A stretch of 62,875 nucleotides of DNA, from positions 1 to 62,875 of the forward strand of contig CAZGPW010000206.1 of NCBI GenBank assembly GCA_964527535.1, in the 5' to 3' direction. This document shows, piece after piece, positions 39,923 to 51,690 of the stretch (position 1 is the first letter of the stretch; every line of letters begins with the position of its first letter). The stretch comes from an uncultured Bacteroidales bacterium. Lineage in GTDB: Bacteria; Bacteroidota; Bacteroidia; Bacteroidales; ML635J-15. A program made the translations under genes and the position numbers. Below the pieces are notes generated by a model. That model saw only the letters and a list, made by a program, of their open reading frames with translations. It was not told the DNA's origin and did not search any database.

Positions 39923-40399
39923 ATGAGAAAAATAAAAAACTATACAAGAGAACGTGAGGCTGATCCGGTTTACAACGATGATTTGGTGACAAGATTTGCC
40001 AATGATTTAATGCTGCATGGTAAAAAAGCACAGGCTTTAAATATCCTTTATAAAGCATTAAATATCGTTGAAGAACGTAAAAATGACATTGAGCTTTCTG
40101 CCCTTGAAATCTGGAAAAAGGCATTGCAAAATGTTACACCCCTGGTAGAGGTAAAAAGCCGTCGTATAGGTGGTGCCACATTTCAGGTACCCATGGAAAT
40201 CCGTGCCGACAGAAAAATATCAGTTTCAAACAAATGGATGATTCAGGCTACCCGTAAGCGCAGCGGAAAATCAATGGCAGAAAACCTTGCCGCTGAAATT
40301 TTGGCTGCCTATAAAGAAGAAGGTGGAGCAATAAAGAAAAAAGAAGATACCCACAGAATGGCTGATGCCAACAAAGCATTTTCTCATTTTAGATTTTAA
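39923..40399 (+). CDS. rpsG: 30S ribosomal protein S7
   Basis: '[19 protein letters not shown]'. Position after rpsL. Confidence 0.96.
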   Translation: MRKIKNYTREREADPVYNDDLVTRFANDLMLHGKKAQALNILYKALNIVEERKNDIELSALEIWKKALQNVTPLVEVKSRRIGGATFQVPMEIRADRKISVSNKWMIQATRKRSGKSMAENLAAEILAAYKEEGGAIKKKEDTHRMADANKAFSHFRF

Positions 40400-40404
40400 T
40401 TAAT

Positions 40405-42501
40405 ATGTCCCTTGAGAACACCAGAAATATTGGATTAATGGCACATATCGATGCTGGTAAAACTACCACCACCGAGCGAATCCTGTATTATACCGGTGTT
40501 AACTATAAATTGGGAGAAGTACACGATGGAGCTGCTACCATGGACTGGATGCAGCAGGAACAACAAAGGGGCATTACAATTACATCTGCAGCCACCACAA
40601 CTTTCTGGAAACAAAATGATACAGATTATAAAATTAACATCATTGATACCCCCGGGCATGTTGATTTTACTATGGAAGTAGAAAGATCACTGCGAGTGCT
40701 GGACGGCGTTATTGCTGTATTTTGCGCTGTCGGTGCTGTGGAGCCGCAGTCTGAAACGGTGTGGAGACAAGCCGATCGCTATAAAGTACCCAGAATTGCT
40801 TTTGTCAATAAAATGGACAGAGTAGGTGCTGACTTTTATAAAGTAGTTGAACAAATTGAATCTAAACTAAAGGCCACCCCAGTGCCAATGCAAATTCCTG
40901 TTGGAAGCGAAGATGATTTCAGGGGAATGGTTGATCTGATCACCGAAAAAGCATACTTATGGCCACCTGATGATAATGGCCTTGGTGCTAAGTTTGAAAT
41001 TACCGATGTGCCCGAAGAATTGGAAAATGAAGTCCATGAATGGAGAGAAAAGTTGATTGAAACCGTCGCTGCTTCTGATGATCAATTACTGGAGCGGTTT
41101 TTCAATGACAGAAGTGAAATTTCTGTCGAAGAATTCAAAAAAGTCACACGTAAAGCCGTATTGAACAGAGAGATTGTTCCTGTTTTTTGTGGAGCTGCAT
41201 TTAAAAATAAAGGCATTCAGCCTTTGCTTGATGCCATTGCTGATTATCTTCCAAGCCCGTTGGATGTAGAAAATATTGAAGGTGTACATCCGGCAACCAA
41301 TGAATACCTTTCTCGTAAACCTGATCCCGAAGAACCGCTTGCCGCGCTGTGTTTTAAAATTGCTACCAGCAGTTACGTTGGCAGACTTGCTTATGTAAGG
41401 GTATATTCCGGAAGCATCGAAGCAAAGCAACAAGCATACAATGTGCGCACGCAAAAACACGAGCGCCTTACTAAATTGTATCAGATGCATGCCAATAAAC
41501 AAAGGTCGCTGGATAAAATATCCGCAGGAGACATCTGTGCAGTCGTTGGATTCAAAGACATTAAGACCGGAGATACCCTCTGTGATAAAAATAAACCGAT
41601 TATATTGGAAACCATGCAATTTCCTGAACCTGTTATCGGGCTTGCCATTGAACCTGAAGCACAGTCTGACCTGGATAAAGTGGCTAAATCCCTTGACAAA
41701 ATTGCCGAGGAAGACCCTACTTTTACCGTAAAGCACGACGAACAATCAGGTCAAACTATCATTAATGGTATGGGGGAGTTACATTTGGAAATATTGATTG
41801 ACAGATTAAAGCGTGAATTTGGCCTGAATTTGAATCACGGTAATCCACATGTAAATTATAAGGAAAGGCTTGAGGGAGAGGTTAAGCACAGGGAAATATT
41901 CAAAAAACAAACCGGAGGAAAAGGCAAATTTGCTGATATTGAAGTAATAATGTCAGAAGTGGAAGAGGGAACAAAAGGCCTCTTTTTTGAAAATAAAATA
42001 AAGGGAGGTGCTGTACCAAGGGAATTTATTTCTGCCGTGGAAAAAGGATTTGCTTCCTCATTAAGCAATGGCCCCCTGGCAGGATTTCCTGTCGAAGGCA
42101 TCAACGTTACACTTGTGGATGGCAGCACACACCCTGTTGACTCCGACGAGCTTTCTTTTGAAATAGCTGCAAGACAAGCATTCAGAAATGCCAGCCGTAA
42201 AATGAAATCAAGGCTGCTTGAACCGGTTATGAAACTTGAAGTGACAACTCCCGAAGAGTACCTTGGTGACGTTGTTGCTGACTTAAATAAACGCAGAGCT
42301 GAAATTAAAGGCATGGGCGAACAAAGCGGCGCAAGAATTGTACGTGCCATGGTTCCGCTTGCCGAACAATTTGGTTACGTTACCGTATTAAGAACATTAA
42401 CTTCAGGAAGAGCAACCTCATCTATGGAATTTAGCCATTATGAGCCGATGCCCGAAGAACTGGAGAAAAAAATACTTGAAAAAGGATTGTTGTTTTTTTA
42501 A
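40405..42501 (+). CDS. fusA: elongation factor G
   Basis: '[24 protein letters not shown]', 'DTPGHVDF', 698 aa. Confidence 0.97.
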   Translation: MSLENTRNIGLMAHIDAGKTTTTERILYYTGVNYKLGEVHDGAATMDWMQQEQQRGITITSAATTTFWKQNDTDYKINIIDTPGHVDFTMEVERSLRVLDGVIAVFCAVGAVEPQSETVWRQADRYKVPRIAFVNKMDRVGADFYKVVEQIESKLKATPVPMQIPVGSEDDFRGMVDLITEKAYLWPPDDNGLGAKFEITDVPEELENEVHEWREKLIETVAASDDQLLERFFNDRSEISVEEFKKVTRKAVLNREIVPVFCGAAFKNKGIQPLLDAIADYLPSPLDVENIEGVHPATNEYLSRKPDPEEPLAALCFKIATSSYVGRLAYVRVYSGSIEAKQQAYNVRTQKHERLTKLYQMHANKQRSLDKISAGDICAVVGFKDIKTGDTLCDKNKPIILETMQFPEPVIGLAIEPEAQSDLDKVAKSLDKIAEEDPTFTVKHDEQSGQTIINGMGELHLEILIDRLKREFGLNLNHGNPHVNYKERLEGEVKHREIFKKQTGGKGKFADIEVIMSEVEEGTKGLFFENKIKGGAVPREFISAVEKGFASSLSNGPLAGFPVEGINVTLVDGSTHPVDSDELSFEIAARQAFRNASRKMKSRLLEPVMKLEVTTPEEYLGDVVADLNKRRAEIKGMGEQSGARIVRAMVPLAEQFGYVTVLRTLTSGRATSSMEFSHYEPMPEELEKKILEKGLLFF

Positions 42502-42513
42502 TTGTTATGAAAT

Positions 42514-42819
42514 ATGAGTCAGAAAATAAGAATTAAGCTCAGGTCTTACGATCACAATCTGTTGGACAAATCTTCAGAAAAGATCGTAAAAACAGTAAAA
42601 ACCACTGGTGCTGTGATTGGAGGGCCAATACCACTCCCTACTCACAAGCGGATTTTTACAGTAAACCGTGCTACATTTGTTAACAAAAAAGCACGGGAAC
42701 AGTTTGAAGTGAATTCACACAAAAGGTTGCTGGATATTTACAGTAGTACAGCAAATACCATTGATGCCCTGATGAAACTCGAACTGCCCAGTGGTGTTGA
42801 CGTGGAAATTAAAGTGTAA
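42514..42819 (+). CDS. rpsJ: 30S ribosomal protein S10
   Basis: '[17 protein letters not shown]'. Confidence 0.96.
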   Translation: MSQKIRIKLRSYDHNLLDKSSEKIVKTVKTTGAVIGGPIPLPTHKRIFTVNRATFVNKKAREQFEVNSHKRLLDIYSSTANTIDALMKLELPSGVDVEIKV

Positions 42820-42839
42820 ATCTTTTAATATTAAGTAAA

Positions 42840-43457
42840 ATGCAAGGAATATTAGGTAAAAAAGTAGGAATGACTTCCATCTACAGTGTTGAGGGGAAAA
42901 ATATCCCATGCACTGTCATTGAAGCTGGTCCTTGTGTTGTTACACAGGTTAAAACCGAAAAATCTGACGGCTATGAGGCCGTTCAGCTTGCTTTCGATGA
43001 AAAAAAGGAAAAACGTACCTCAAAAGCGATGAAAAACCATTTTAAAAAGGCAAAAACAAGCCCTAAACGTAAAGTGGTTGAATTTCGTGATTATGGAAGG
43101 GACGTAAAAACAGGTGACAAGATCACCGTGGATATTTTTATCGAAGGCGAATGGTGCGATGTAAGTGGCAATACAAAAGGTAAAGGATTTCAGGGTGTCG
43201 TAAAACGCCATAACTTCTCGGGCGTTGGCGGCCGTACGCATGGTCAAAAAGACAGGGAAAGAGCTCCCGGATCACTCGGAGGATCTTCGGATCCATCACG
43301 TGTGTTTAAAGGCATGCGCATGGGAGGCCGTGACGGAGGCAAAAAAGTAAAAATGATCAGCCTCAAAGTTTTGAAAAAAATACCCGAAAGTAATTTATTG
43401 TTAGTCAAAGGTTCCGTACCAGGTGCTAAAGGTTCATATTTAATAATTGAGAAATAA
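42840..43457 (+). CDS. rplC: 50S ribosomal protein L3
   Basis: '[13 protein letters not shown]...[15 protein letters not shown]'. Confidence 0.96.
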   Translation: MQGILGKKVGMTSIYSVEGKNIPCTVIEAGPCVVTQVKTEKSDGYEAVQLAFDEKKEKRTSKAMKNHFKKAKTSPKRKVVEFRDYGRDVKTGDKITVDIFIEGEWCDVSGNTKGKGFQGVVKRHNFSGVGGRTHGQKDRERAPGSLGGSSDPSRVFKGMRMGGRDGGKKVKMISLKVLKKIPESNLLLVKGSVPGAKGSYLIIEK

Positions 43458-44083
43458 TGAAACTAAAAGTATATAATAACAAAGGCCAGGAAACCGGAAA
43501 TACCCTTGAGGTCAACGATGCTGTTTTTGCTGTTGAACCAAATGATCATGCCATCTATCTGGATTGTAAACAACACCTGGCAAACAAAAGGCAAGGGACA
43601 CACAAAACCAAAGAACGTAGTGATATAAAGGGTAGTACCAGAAAAATCAAACGGCAAAAAGGTACCGGCACAGCTCGTGCAGGGGACATTAAAAACCCTA
43701 TTTTCAGAGGCGGTGGACGTACTTTTGGACCGCGTCCAAAAGACTATAACCATAAAATCAACAAGAAAACCAAGCGGCTTGCAAGAAAATCCGCCCTTAG
43801 TTACAAAGTGAAAGATGGTGATGTATTTGTCGTTGATAATTTTGGAATTGATGAAATAAAAACCCGGAATGTCACGGAAATTCAGAAAATTTTTAAAATT
43901 TCTGAGAAAAATTTGGTTTTTGTTGTGAATCAACAAAATAAAAACCTATATTTGTCATCTCGAAATTTACCGGGCGTCAATGTTGTAAGTGTTTCTAATT
44001 TAAATACTTACAACATTTTAAAAGCCTCAATTTTGATGTTTGATGAAGAATCAATTAAGGTTTTGAATGAAAACCTGGCTTAA
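43457..44083 (+). CDS. rplD: 50S ribosomal protein L4
   Basis: 'RQKGTGTARAGDIKNPIFRGGGRTFGPRP'. Confidence 0.95.
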   Translation: MKLKVYNNKGQETGNTLEVNDAVFAVEPNDHAIYLDCKQHLANKRQGTHKTKERSDIKGSTRKIKRQKGTGTARAGDIKNPIFRGGGRTFGPRPKDYNHKINKKTKRLARKSALSYKVKDGDVFVVDNFGIDEIKTRNVTEIQKIFKISEKNLVFVVNQQNKNLYLSSRNLPGVNVVSVSNLNTYNILKASILMFDEESIKVLNENLA

Positions 44084-44095
44084 AAAGTGATCGAA

Positions 44096-44386
44096 ATGAA
44101 TGTTTTAGTGAAACCAATAGTGACAGAAAAAATGACGGATCAGAGTGAAAAACTGAACCGTTATGGATTTATTGTAGATGTAAAAGCAAATAAAGTACAG
44201 ATCAAACAGGCAATTGAAGAATTGTATGATGTAAACGTACTTAGTGTCAACACAATGCGCTACGATGGCAAGTTGAAAACCCGATATACCAAAACTGGTA
44301 TCGTCAGTGGAAGAACCAATGCCTATAAAAAGGCCATTGTCAGTCTTGATGAATCCGATACAATTGATTTTTATAGCAATATTTAA
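44096..44386 (+). CDS. rplW: 50S ribosomal protein L23
   Basis: 'LVKPIVTEK'. First ATG used; tracked ORF starts at GTG 44087. Confidence 0.93.
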   Translation: MNVLVKPIVTEKMTDQSEKLNRYGFIVDVKANKVQIKQAIEELYDVNVLSVNTMRYDGKLKTRYTKTGIVSGRTNAYKKAIVSLDESDTIDFYSNI

Positions 44387-44395
44387 TCTGAAATT

Positions 44396-45229
44396 ATGGC
44401 AGTCAGAAAATTTAAACCCTCAACACCGGGACAACGAAATAAGATGATAAGCAGTTTTTCCGATATCACATCGAAAAAACCGCAAAAATCATTGCTTGAA
44501 CCTTTGAAAAAATCAGGTGGAAGAAACAAGGCAGGTAAAATGACCCTGCCCCATCGGGGAGGCGGTCATAAACGCAGATACCGTGTGATGGATTTCAAAA
44601 GGAACAAAGATGGCATGAAAGCCACCGTTAAAACAATTGAATATGACCCAAACAGATCTGCACGGATCGCAATGGTTCAATATGAAGATGGAGAAAAACG
44701 GTATATCCTTGCTCCCAATGGAATAACTGTTGACCAGGAAATACTGAGTGGAAAAGGAGTTGCCCCTGAAATAGGAAATGCTTTGTTTTTAAAAGATATT
44801 CCCTTGGGAACAATTGTACATAATATCGAAATGCATCCCGGACAAGGAGCCATGTTGGTTCGAAGTGCCGGGGCTTTTGCACAAATCGTTTCCAGGGAAG
44901 GCAAATATGCCGTTGTAAAATTGCCATCAGGCGAAATTCGCAGATTACTTACTACCTGTAAAGCTACCATTGGAAGTGTGTCTAATGCAGATCACAGCCT
45001 TGAAATATCCGGAAAAGCCGGAAGATCACGCTGGCAGGGACGCAGACCAAGGGTGCGTGGCGTTGTTATGAATCCCGTTGATCACCCAATGGGTGGCGGT
45101 GAAGGCCGTGCCTCCGGTGGACACCCACGGTCTAAAAAAGGACTCTATGCCAAAGGGTATAAAACACGCACACCAAATAAAGCATCGGATAAATATATTA
45201 TTGAAAGACGTAAAAAAAGAAAAAAATAA
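44396..45229 (+). CDS. rplB: 50S ribosomal protein L2
   Basis: 'GGGHKRRYR', '[18 protein letters not shown]'. Confidence 0.97.
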   Translation: MAVRKFKPSTPGQRNKMISSFSDITSKKPQKSLLEPLKKSGGRNKAGKMTLPHRGGGHKRRYRVMDFKRNKDGMKATVKTIEYDPNRSARIAMVQYEDGEKRYILAPNGITVDQEILSGKGVAPEIGNALFLKDIPLGTIVHNIEMHPGQGAMLVRSAGAFAQIVSREGKYAVVKLPSGEIRRLLTTCKATIGSVSNADHSLEISGKAGRSRWQGRRPRVRGVVMNPVDHPMGGGEGRASGGHPRSKKGLYAKGYKTRTPNKASDKYIIERRKKRKK

Positions 45230-45241
45230 TTCCTAATTAAT

Positions 45242-45508
45242 ATGAGCAGATCGTTAAAAAAAGGACCATTTATTAATCCCAGCCTGGATAAAAAAGTAAT
45301 GGTCATGCAGGAAGCCAAAAAAAAGTCGGTAATTAAAACATGGGCTAGGGCATCAATCATTTCTCCCGATTTTGTCGGATTAACCATTGCTGTTCATAAT
45401 GGTAAAAAGTTTGTCCCTGTATATATTACCGAAAATATGGTAGGGCATAAACTTGGAGAATTTGCTCCGACAAGAACGTTTAGAGGTCATGGAGGAACTA
45501 GAAAGTAA
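45242..45508 (+). CDS. rpsS: 30S ribosomal protein S19
   Basis: '[10 protein letters not shown]...[16 protein letters not shown]'. Confidence 0.96.
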   Translation: MSRSLKKGPFINPSLDKKVMVMQEAKKKSVIKTWARASIISPDFVGLTIAVHNGKKFVPVYITENMVGHKLGEFAPTRTFRGHGGTRK

Positions 45509-45524
45509 AAAACAGTAAATTATT

Positions 45525-45992
45525 ATGGGTGCAAGAAAAAGAATAGCGGCCGAAAAAAGAAAAGAGGCCAGAAAAAATATAAGTTTTGCTGCGCTGAAAA
45601 ATTGCCCTACATCACCTCGTAAAATGAGGTTGATGGCGGATTTGATCAGAGGCAAGTCAGTTGATGAAGCGTTGGATATCTTAAAGTTCTCTTCCAAAGA
45701 AGCTTCCGGAAGACTGGAGAAACTACTGATGTCAGCCATTGCAAATTGGCAGGCAAAAAATGAAGGTGTCAGAATTGAGGATGCTAACCTGTTTGTTAGT
45801 GACATACATGTTGATTCTGCTCGTATGCTGAAAAGAATACAACCAGCACCGCAAGGTAGAGCACACAGGATTAGAAAACGTTCAAATCATGTGTACCTCG
45901 CTGTTGAAAGTGCCAGTGCATTGATCAGCAGCGAATCCGAAAACAATGAAGAAATTGAATCTGTAAACGTTGAAGAAGAATCTGATAATTAA
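45525..45992 (+). CDS. rplV: 50S ribosomal protein L22 (with acidic C-terminal extension)
   Basis: '[24 protein letters not shown]'. About 35 extra acidic residues at the C-terminus. Confidence 0.94.
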   Translation: MGARKRIAAEKRKEARKNISFAALKNCPTSPRKMRLMADLIRGKSVDEALDILKFSSKEASGRLEKLLMSAIANWQAKNEGVRIEDANLFVSDIHVDSARMLKRIQPAPQGRAHRIRKRSNHVYLAVESASALISSESENNEEIESVNVEEESDN

Positions 45993-46003
45993 AAATTGAG
46001 TCA

Positions 46004-46705
46004 ATGGGACAAAAGGTAAATCCAATAAGCAATAGATTAGGTATCATCAAAGGATGGGATTCAAACTGGTATGGTGGTAATAATTACAGTGATAAACTTC
46101 TTGAAGATTATAAATTACGCCAGTACCTGAATGTACGCCTTGCAAAGGCCAGTGTGGCTAAAATTGTGATTGAACGGTCAGTTAAAATGGTTACCATCAC
46201 TGTACATACAGCCCGGCCCGGTATCATTATCGGACGTGGTGGTTCAGAAGTGGATAAACTAAAAGAAGAATTGAAGAAAATCACATCCAAAGAGGTTCAG
46301 GTAAATATCTTTGAAATTAAAAGACCCGAACTTGTTGCTCAATTAGTTGCCTCGAACATTGCCAGGCAGATTGAAGGTAAAATTGCATACCGCAGGGCTG
46401 TGAAAATGGCAATCGCATCCACAATGAGGATGGATGCACAGGGTATTAAAGTACTGGTATCCGGAAGACTCAATGGTGCTGAAATGGCTCGTTCAGAAAC
46501 CTACAAGGAAGGAAGAATCCCATTGCATACTTTTCGTGCTGATATTGATTATGCACTTTCCGAAGCCTTGACAAAAACAGGAATGATAGGTGTGAAAGTT
46601 TGGATTTGCCGCGGCGAAATTTATGGAAAAGCTGATCTATCACCAAACGCAGGGATGGGTAAAAAAGGTGGTAAAAAACGGTTTAGTAAAAACAGAAGAA
46701 AATAA
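46004..46705 (+). CDS. rpsC: 30S ribosomal protein S3
   Basis: '[14 protein letters not shown]', KH domain '[11 protein letters not shown]'. Confidence 0.96.
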   Translation: MGQKVNPISNRLGIIKGWDSNWYGGNNYSDKLLEDYKLRQYLNVRLAKASVAKIVIERSVKMVTITVHTARPGIIIGRGGSEVDKLKEELKKITSKEVQVNIFEIKRPELVAQLVASNIARQIEGKIAYRRAVKMAIASTMRMDAQGIKVLVSGRLNGAEMARSETYKEGRIPLHTFRADIDYALSEALTKTGMIGVKVWICRGEIYGKADLSPNAGMGKKGGKKRFSKNRRK

Positions 46706-46717
46706 AGTGCATTGATC

Positions 46718-47143
46718 ATGTTACAACCCAAAAAAGTAAAATACAGAAGACACCAAAAAGGCAAAATGAAAGGTAACGCTCATCGCGGCACCTCTATTGC
46801 CTTTGGTTCATTTGCCTTGAAAACACTTGAAACAAGCTGGATTGACGGTCGGCAAATTGAATCCGCCAGGATCGCTATTACGCGTGAAATGCAGAGACAA
46901 GGGAAATTATGGGTAAGAATATTTCCCGATAAACCCATCACCAAAAAACCCGCTGAAGTGCGTATGGGTAAAGGTAAAGGTGATCCGGAAACGTTTGTGG
47001 CAAGGGTTACCCCCGGCAGAATCATGTTTGAAATCGATGGTGTCCCCTTTGATAAAGCACAGGAAGCACTCAGGTTGGGTGCCCAAAAATTGCCCGTGAG
47101 AACAAAGTTCATTGTCAGAAGGGATTATGATTTTAATAATTAA
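46718..47143 (+). CDS. rplP: 50S ribosomal protein L16
   Basis: '[15 protein letters not shown]...RMGKGKG'. First ATG used; tracked ORF starts at TTG 46712. Confidence 0.95.
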   Translation: MLQPKKVKYRRHQKGKMKGNAHRGTSIAFGSFALKTLETSWIDGRQIESARIAITREMQRQGKLWVRIFPDKPITKKPAEVRMGKGKGDPETFVARVTPGRIMFEIDGVPFDKAQEALRLGAQKLPVRTKFIVRRDYDFNN

Positions 47144-47154
47144 AATGTTAAGCA

Positions 47155-47352
47155 ATGAAGAACAGCGAAATAAAAGAATTGACAACCAAAGAGATTATTG
47201 AAAAAATCGGGGATGAGAAAAATACGCTCACCAGGTTAAAAATGAGTCATGCCGTTTCTCCCCTTGAGAATCCAAATAAAATTACGGATGTTAAACGTGA
47301 TATTGCCCGGTTAAAAACAGAATTGAGGTCTCGGGAACTTAGTGAAAAATAG
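47155..47352 (+). CDS. rpmC: 50S ribosomal protein L29
   Basis: 65 aa. '[10 protein letters not shown]...[13 protein letters not shown]'. Confidence 0.93.
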   Translation: MKNSEIKELTTKEIIEKIGDEKNTLTRLKMSHAVSPLENPNKITDVKRDIARLKTELRSRELSEK

Positions 47353-47359
47353 AAAAACT

Positions 47360-47614
47360 ATGGAACGAAATTTACGAAAAGAACGTGTAGGTGTTGTATT
47401 CAGCAACAAAATGGATAAGTCCATTACTGTCAACGTTAAACGAAAAGAAAAACATCCGATGTACGGTAAATTTGTCAACAAAAGCAAACGGTTTATCGCA
47501 CATGATGAAGATAACAAATGCGATATCGGTGATACTGTAAGAATTATGGAAACACGCCCGATGAGCAAAAATAAAAAGTGGAGATTAGTTGAAATCATTG
47601 AAAAAGTTAAATAA
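47360..47614 (+). CDS. rpsQ: 30S ribosomal protein S17
   Basis: '[19 protein letters not shown]...HPMYGKF'. ATG at 47360 preferred over GTG 47342. Confidence 0.93.
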   Translation: MERNLRKERVGVVFSNKMDKSITVNVKRKEKHPMYGKFVNKSKRFIAHDEDNKCDIGDTVRIMETRPMSKNKKWRLVEIIEKVK

Positions 47615-47616
47615 GA

Positions 47617-47985
47617 ATGATACAGCAGGAATCAAAATTGACAGTAGCCGATAACAGCGGTGCGAAAATTGTTCAGTGCATACGTGTGCTGGGTGGTACA
47701 AGAAAAAAATATGCCAGTATTGGCGACCAGATTATGGTTACTGTGAAAACCGCTATCCCTGGTAGCGAAGTAAAAAAAGGAACCATGTCAAGAGCTGTTG
47801 TGGTTAGAACCAATAAAGAAGTCCGGCGGCAGGATGGTTCATACATAAGGTTTGATGATAATGCCTGTGTATTGCTGGATGCAACCGGAGAAATTAAGGG
47901 CACGCGTATTTTTGGCCCTATTGCCAGGGAATTAAGAGATAAAAAACACATGAGAATTATTTCATTAGCATCTGAAGTATTGTAA
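47617..47985 (+). CDS. rplN: 50S ribosomal protein L14
   Basis: '[17 protein letters not shown]'. Confidence 0.97.
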   Translation: MIQQESKLTVADNSGAKIVQCIRVLGGTRKKYASIGDQIMVTVKTAIPGSEVKKGTMSRAVVVRTNKEVRRQDGSYIRFDDNACVLLDATGEIKGTRIFGPIARELRDKKHMRIISLASEVL

Positions 47986-47996
47986 ATTTTATAGAC

Positions 47997-48314
47997 ATGT
48001 CAAAAAAATTACATATCAAAAAAGGAGATACAGTGATGGTAATTGCGGGTGAATCCAAAGGTTACCAGGGTAAAGTGCTCCAGGTTCTGCCAAAAAAATA
48101 TAAGGCCATCGTGGAAGGTGCAAATATTGTCTCAAAGCATTCAAAACCGGATGCCAAAAACACCGAAGGAGGCATCATTAAACAAGAAGCACCAATTCAT
48201 GTGTCGAACCTTATGGTAATTGACCCGAAAGAGGGTAAACCTACCCGCGTAGGAAGAAGAAAAGAAAATAATAAGCTGATTCGTTATTCAAAAATATCAG
48301 GGGAGGAAATTTAG
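47997..48314 (+). CDS. rplX: 50S ribosomal protein L24
   Basis: '[17 protein letters not shown]' KOW motif. Confidence 0.95.
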   Translation: MSKKLHIKKGDTVMVIAGESKGYQGKVLQVLPKKYKAIVEGANIVSKHSKPDAKNTEGGIIKQEAPIHVSNLMVIDPKEGKPTRVGRRKENNKLIRYSKISGEEI

Positions 48315-48316
48315 TA

Positions 48317-48871
48317 ATGGCATACAAACCGAATTTTCAGAAAAAATATGAGGAGGAAATTATTCCTAAATTGAAAGACCAATTTCAATATACCTCAGTA
48401 ATGGAGATACCTAAAGTAGAGAAAATTGTTTTAAATCAGGGAATAGGAGATGCTATCACCGATAAAAAACTCATTACCACGGCACTCGAAGAGTTGGCAC
48501 TTATTACCGGACAAAAGCCGGTAGCTACCTACTCAAAAAGGGATATTTCTAATTTTAAAGTGCGTAAAGGAATGCCCATTGGTGTAAGAGTGACCCTAAG
48601 AAGGCATAAAATGTATGAATTCCTTGAAAGGCTTGTACGCAGTGCCTTGCCTCGAATCAGAGATTTTAAAGGTGTAGGTATCAAATTTGATGGCCACGGA
48701 AATTATACCCTGGGCATCAATGAACAAATTATTTTTCCCGAAATTAACCTTGATAAAGTCAATAAAATCATGGGAATGAACATCACAATGGTAACTACTG
48801 CCAAAACAGATGAGGAAGCTTATGCTTTGTTAACTGAATTTGGAATACCTTTTAAAAACAAACAAAAATAA
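48317..48871 (+). CDS. rplE: 50S ribosomal protein L5
   Basis: '[14 protein letters not shown]', '[16 protein letters not shown]'. Confidence 0.96.
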   Translation: MAYKPNFQKKYEEEIIPKLKDQFQYTSVMEIPKVEKIVLNQGIGDAITDKKLITTALEELALITGQKPVATYSKRDISNFKVRKGMPIGVRVTLRRHKMYEFLERLVRSALPRIRDFKGVGIKFDGHGNYTLGINEQIIFPEINLDKVNKIMGMNITMVTTAKTDEEAYALLTEFGIPFKNKQK

Positions 48872-48877
48872 TACGAT

Positions 48878-49147
48878 ATGGCCAAAGAATCCATGAAAGC
48901 GCGTGAAAGAAAGCGCAAAAAAATGGTTGAAAAATACGCTGAAAAGCGGGCAAAACTGAAAGCTGAAGGTAATTACGATGCCCTTCATAAATTGCCCAGA
49001 AATTCATCTAGAGTACGCTTACATAACCGGTGCAGCATCACAGGAAGACCCAAAGGATACATGCGCCAGTTTGGGGTAAGCAGAATTGTGTTCAGGGAAA
49101 TGGCATCCAATGGCCTCATCCCGGGAGTTAAAAAAGCGAGTTGGTAA
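48878..49147 (+). CDS. rpsN: 30S ribosomal protein S14 (long type)
   Basis: '[24 protein letters not shown]...KASW'. Confidence 0.95.
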   Translation: MAKESMKARERKRKKMVEKYAEKRAKLKAEGNYDALHKLPRNSSRVRLHNRCSITGRPKGYMRQFGVSRIVFREMASNGLIPGVKKASW

Positions 49148-49168
49148 TCATTTGATAAGTGTGAAATT

Positions 49169-49564
49169 ATGACAGATCCGATTGCAGATTATTTGACCAG
49201 AATTAGAAACGGTATCCAGGCCAAACAAAGGGTTGTGGAAATACCCGGGTCAAATCTTAAGTATGAAATGACTAAAGTCCTTTTTGATAAAGGATATATC
49301 CTTAATTATAAATTTGATGAGGATAATAAACAGGGAATGATCAAAATCGCTTTGAAATATCATCCCAAAACAAAAGTATCAGCCATCAAAAACCTTGAAC
49401 GTGTCAGCAAGCCAGGCCTCAGACAGTATGTGAATGTTAAAAGCATTCCAAGGGTACTCAATGGACTGGGAGTTGCTTTGATTTCAACTTCTCATGGTGT
49501 GATGTCTGACAAAGAAGCTAAAAAGCTGAATTTGGGTGGCGAAGTATTGTGTTACGTTTATTAA
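49169..49564 (+). CDS. rpsH: 30S ribosomal protein S8
   Basis: 'MTDPIADYLTRIRNG'. Confidence 0.96.
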   Translation: MTDPIADYLTRIRNGIQAKQRVVEIPGSNLKYEMTKVLFDKGYILNYKFDEDNKQGMIKIALKYHPKTKVSAIKNLERVSKPGLRQYVNVKSIPRVLNGLGVALISTSHGVMSDKEAKKLNLGGEVLCYVY

Positions 49565-49574
49565 AATTTTTATC

Positions 49575-50126
49575 ATGTCAAGAACAGGTAATTTACCAAT
49601 TCAAATACCGGAAAAAGTCACCGTGGAGGTGAAAGGAAATCTTGTTACCGTAAAAGGACCGGTAGGAGAATTAGAACAGGAAGTCAATAAAGAATTGAAA
49701 ATCAACAAGGATGATAACCAAATCGTGTTGGAAAGACCATCTGAGGCAATCAGACACAAAGCCATGCACGGATTGTATCGCTCACTTCTTGCCAATATGA
49801 TTGAAGGGGCATCAAAAGGCTTTTCAGAAAAACTCGAACTGGTAGGCGTTGGTTTTAAAGCCGAGAATAATGGTCAATTGATTGATTTTGCACTTGGGTA
49901 TTCTCACCATATTTATTTTGAAATGCCACCTGAAATTGAGGTGGAATGCAAAACTGAAAAAAGAAAAAATACAATCATTACCCTCAAAAGTGCCGATAAA
50001 CAATTGCTGGGCCAGGTCGTTGCAAAAATTAGAGCACTCAGGCCACCTGAACCCTATAAAGGTAAAGGAATCCGGTTTGTGGGTGAAGAAATCAGGAGAA
50101 AAGCTGGTAAAACAGCCAGTGTATAA
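49575..50126 (+). CDS. rplF: 50S ribosomal protein L6
   Basis: 'MSRTGNLPIQIPEKVTVEV...PEPYKGKGIRF'. Internal ATG used; the tracked ORF start at 49536 overlaps rpsH. Confidence 0.94.
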   Translation: MSRTGNLPIQIPEKVTVEVKGNLVTVKGPVGELEQEVNKELKINKDDNQIVLERPSEAIRHKAMHGLYRSLLANMIEGASKGFSEKLELVGVGFKAENNGQLIDFALGYSHHIYFEMPPEIEVECKTEKRKNTIITLKSADKQLLGQVVAKIRALRPPEPYKGKGIRFVGEEIRRKAGKTASV

Positions 50127-50144
50127 TTTTTAACATCAATTGTT

Positions 50145-50501
50145 ATGTCAAATAAAAAATTAACAAGCAGACAAAGAATTCGTAAAAGCATCCGGGGAAA
50201 AATCTCAGGAACTACTGAAAAACCCAGGTTGGCTGTGTTTCGTTCTAATAAACACATCTCTGCGCAGATCATCAATGATGATAAAGGTGTTACCTTAGCT
50301 GCTATTACATCAAAAGCAAAAGATCTGGCAGACCTTAAAGGAACAAAATCTGAAGTGGCACAGAAAACGGGGGAGGCTTTTGCTAAAATAGCCATTGAAG
50401 AAGGAATCTCAACCGTTGTGTTTGACAGAAGTGGATATAAATATCATGGACGTGTGAAAGCTTTTGCTGAAGGCGCCAGAAAAGGAGGCTTAAAATTTTA
50501 A
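50145..50501 (+). CDS. rplR: 50S ribosomal protein L18
   Basis: '[17 protein letters not shown]...[20 protein letters not shown]'. Confidence 0.95.
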   Translation: MSNKKLTSRQRIRKSIRGKISGTTEKPRLAVFRSNKHISAQIINDDKGVTLAAITSKAKDLADLKGTKSEVAQKTGEAFAKIAIEEGISTVVFDRSGYKYHGRVKAFAEGARKGGLKF

Positions 50502-50506
50502 ATATT

Positions 50507-51022
50507 ATGACATTAAACGTAAAAAAAGTTAAAGCCAGCGACCTCGATCTGAAAGACAGATTGGTTGCTATTAACAGAGTAACAAAAGTAACCAAAGGTG
50601 GACGTAACTTTGCCTTTGCTGCTATTGTTGTGGTTGGTAATGAAGAAGGTGTTGTCGGACATGGTTTGGGTAAAGCCGGAGAAGTCGCTTCTGCCATTGA
50701 AAAAGCTGTGGAAGATGCTAAAAAGAATCTGGTAAAGATGCGCCTTTATTCCAATACAATACCTCACGAGCAAACAGCAAAGTACAGCGGAGCTAAAATA
50801 TGGCTGAAACCTGCATCTCCGGGTACGGGTGTAGTAGCCGGTGGTGCAATGCGTGCTGTGCTGGATAGCGTGGGTATTAAAGACGTACTCGCCAAATCCA
50901 AAGGTTCAGCAAATCCTCATAACCTTGTTAAAGCTACTATGAAGGCCCTTTTGGAAATGAGAGACCCTGTTACAGTGGCCGAACACAGAGGAATTTCACT
51001 CGAAAAAGTGTTTAACGGATAA
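50507..51022 (+). CDS. rpsE: 30S ribosomal protein S5
   Basis: '[24 protein letters not shown]'. Confidence 0.96.
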   Translation: MTLNVKKVKASDLDLKDRLVAINRVTKVTKGGRNFAFAAIVVVGNEEGVVGHGLGKAGEVASAIEKAVEDAKKNLVKMRLYSNTIPHEQTAKYSGAKIWLKPASPGTGVVAGGAMRAVLDSVGIKDVLAKSKGSANPHNLVKATMKALLEMRDPVTVAEHRGISLEKVFNG

Positions 51023-51038
51023 GATAATTTTGATTGTT

Positions 51039-51221
51039 ATGGCAAAAGTGAAAATTACCCAGTTCAGAAGCAGTATAAACTGCAATAAAAAACAAAGAGA
51101 TACTCTGAAAGCTCTCGGATTAAAAAGAATGCATCAGAGTGTTGTGCATGAGGTAAGCCCTCAGATAAGTGGTATGGCTAAAGCAGTCAGCCATCTTGTG
51201 AAAAAAGAAGATGTTAAATAA
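51039..51221 (+). CDS. rpmD: 50S ribosomal protein L30
   Basis: 'MAKVKITQFRS...TLKALGLKR'. First ATG used; tracked ORF starts at TTG 51030. Confidence 0.92.
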   Translation: MAKVKITQFRSSINCNKKQRDTLKALGLKRMHQSVVHEVSPQISGMAKAVSHLVKKEDVK

Positions 51222-51237
51222 TTAAGATCAGTGTAAA

Positions 51238-51687
51238 ATGGATTTAAGCTCATTAAAACCAGCAAAAGGATCAAATAAACCGGATGGAAAACGCTTCGGA
51301 CGTGGCGAAGGTTCCGGAAAAGGAGGTACCGCCACACGTGGACATAAAGGCGCTAAATCCAGATCCGGGTATTCCAGAAAATTGGGGTTCGAAGGTGGAC
51401 AAATGCCACTCCAGAGAACCAGCCCAAAATATGGATTTAATAACATTAACCGAAAAGTATATAAACCTGTAAATGTAGCCAGGCTTCAGGAAATAGCCGA
51501 GAAACATAAACTCGAAACCATTGATGTGGAAGTATTGGTGAAATACGGCGCTGTAAAACCTAATAAGCTTGTGAAAATTCTTGGCAATGGCGAAATTAAA
51601 TCAAAAGTCAATGTCAAAGCGCATGCTTTTTCTGAATCGGCAACTAAAAAAATTGAAAAGCTTGGTGGAACTGTAGAAAAATTGTAA
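51238..51687 (+). CDS. rplO: 50S ribosomal protein L15
   Basis: 'GRGEGSGKGGTATRGHKG...GFEGGQMPL'. Confidence 0.95.
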   Translation: MDLSSLKPAKGSNKPDGKRFGRGEGSGKGGTATRGHKGAKSRSGYSRKLGFEGGQMPLQRTSPKYGFNNINRKVYKPVNVARLQEIAEKHKLETIDVEVLVKYGAVKPNKLVKILGNGEIKSKVNVKAHAFSESATKKIEKLGGTVEKL

Positions 51688-51690
51688 AGG

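Noticed and set aside
41086-41745. 219-aa antisense ORF inside fusA, and similar long antisense ORFs (e.g. 22695-23162, 43463-43936, 52086-52580, 56061-56529)
   Set aside because: They are embedded opposite highly conserved, confidently identified genes. They lack motifs and have atypical composition.
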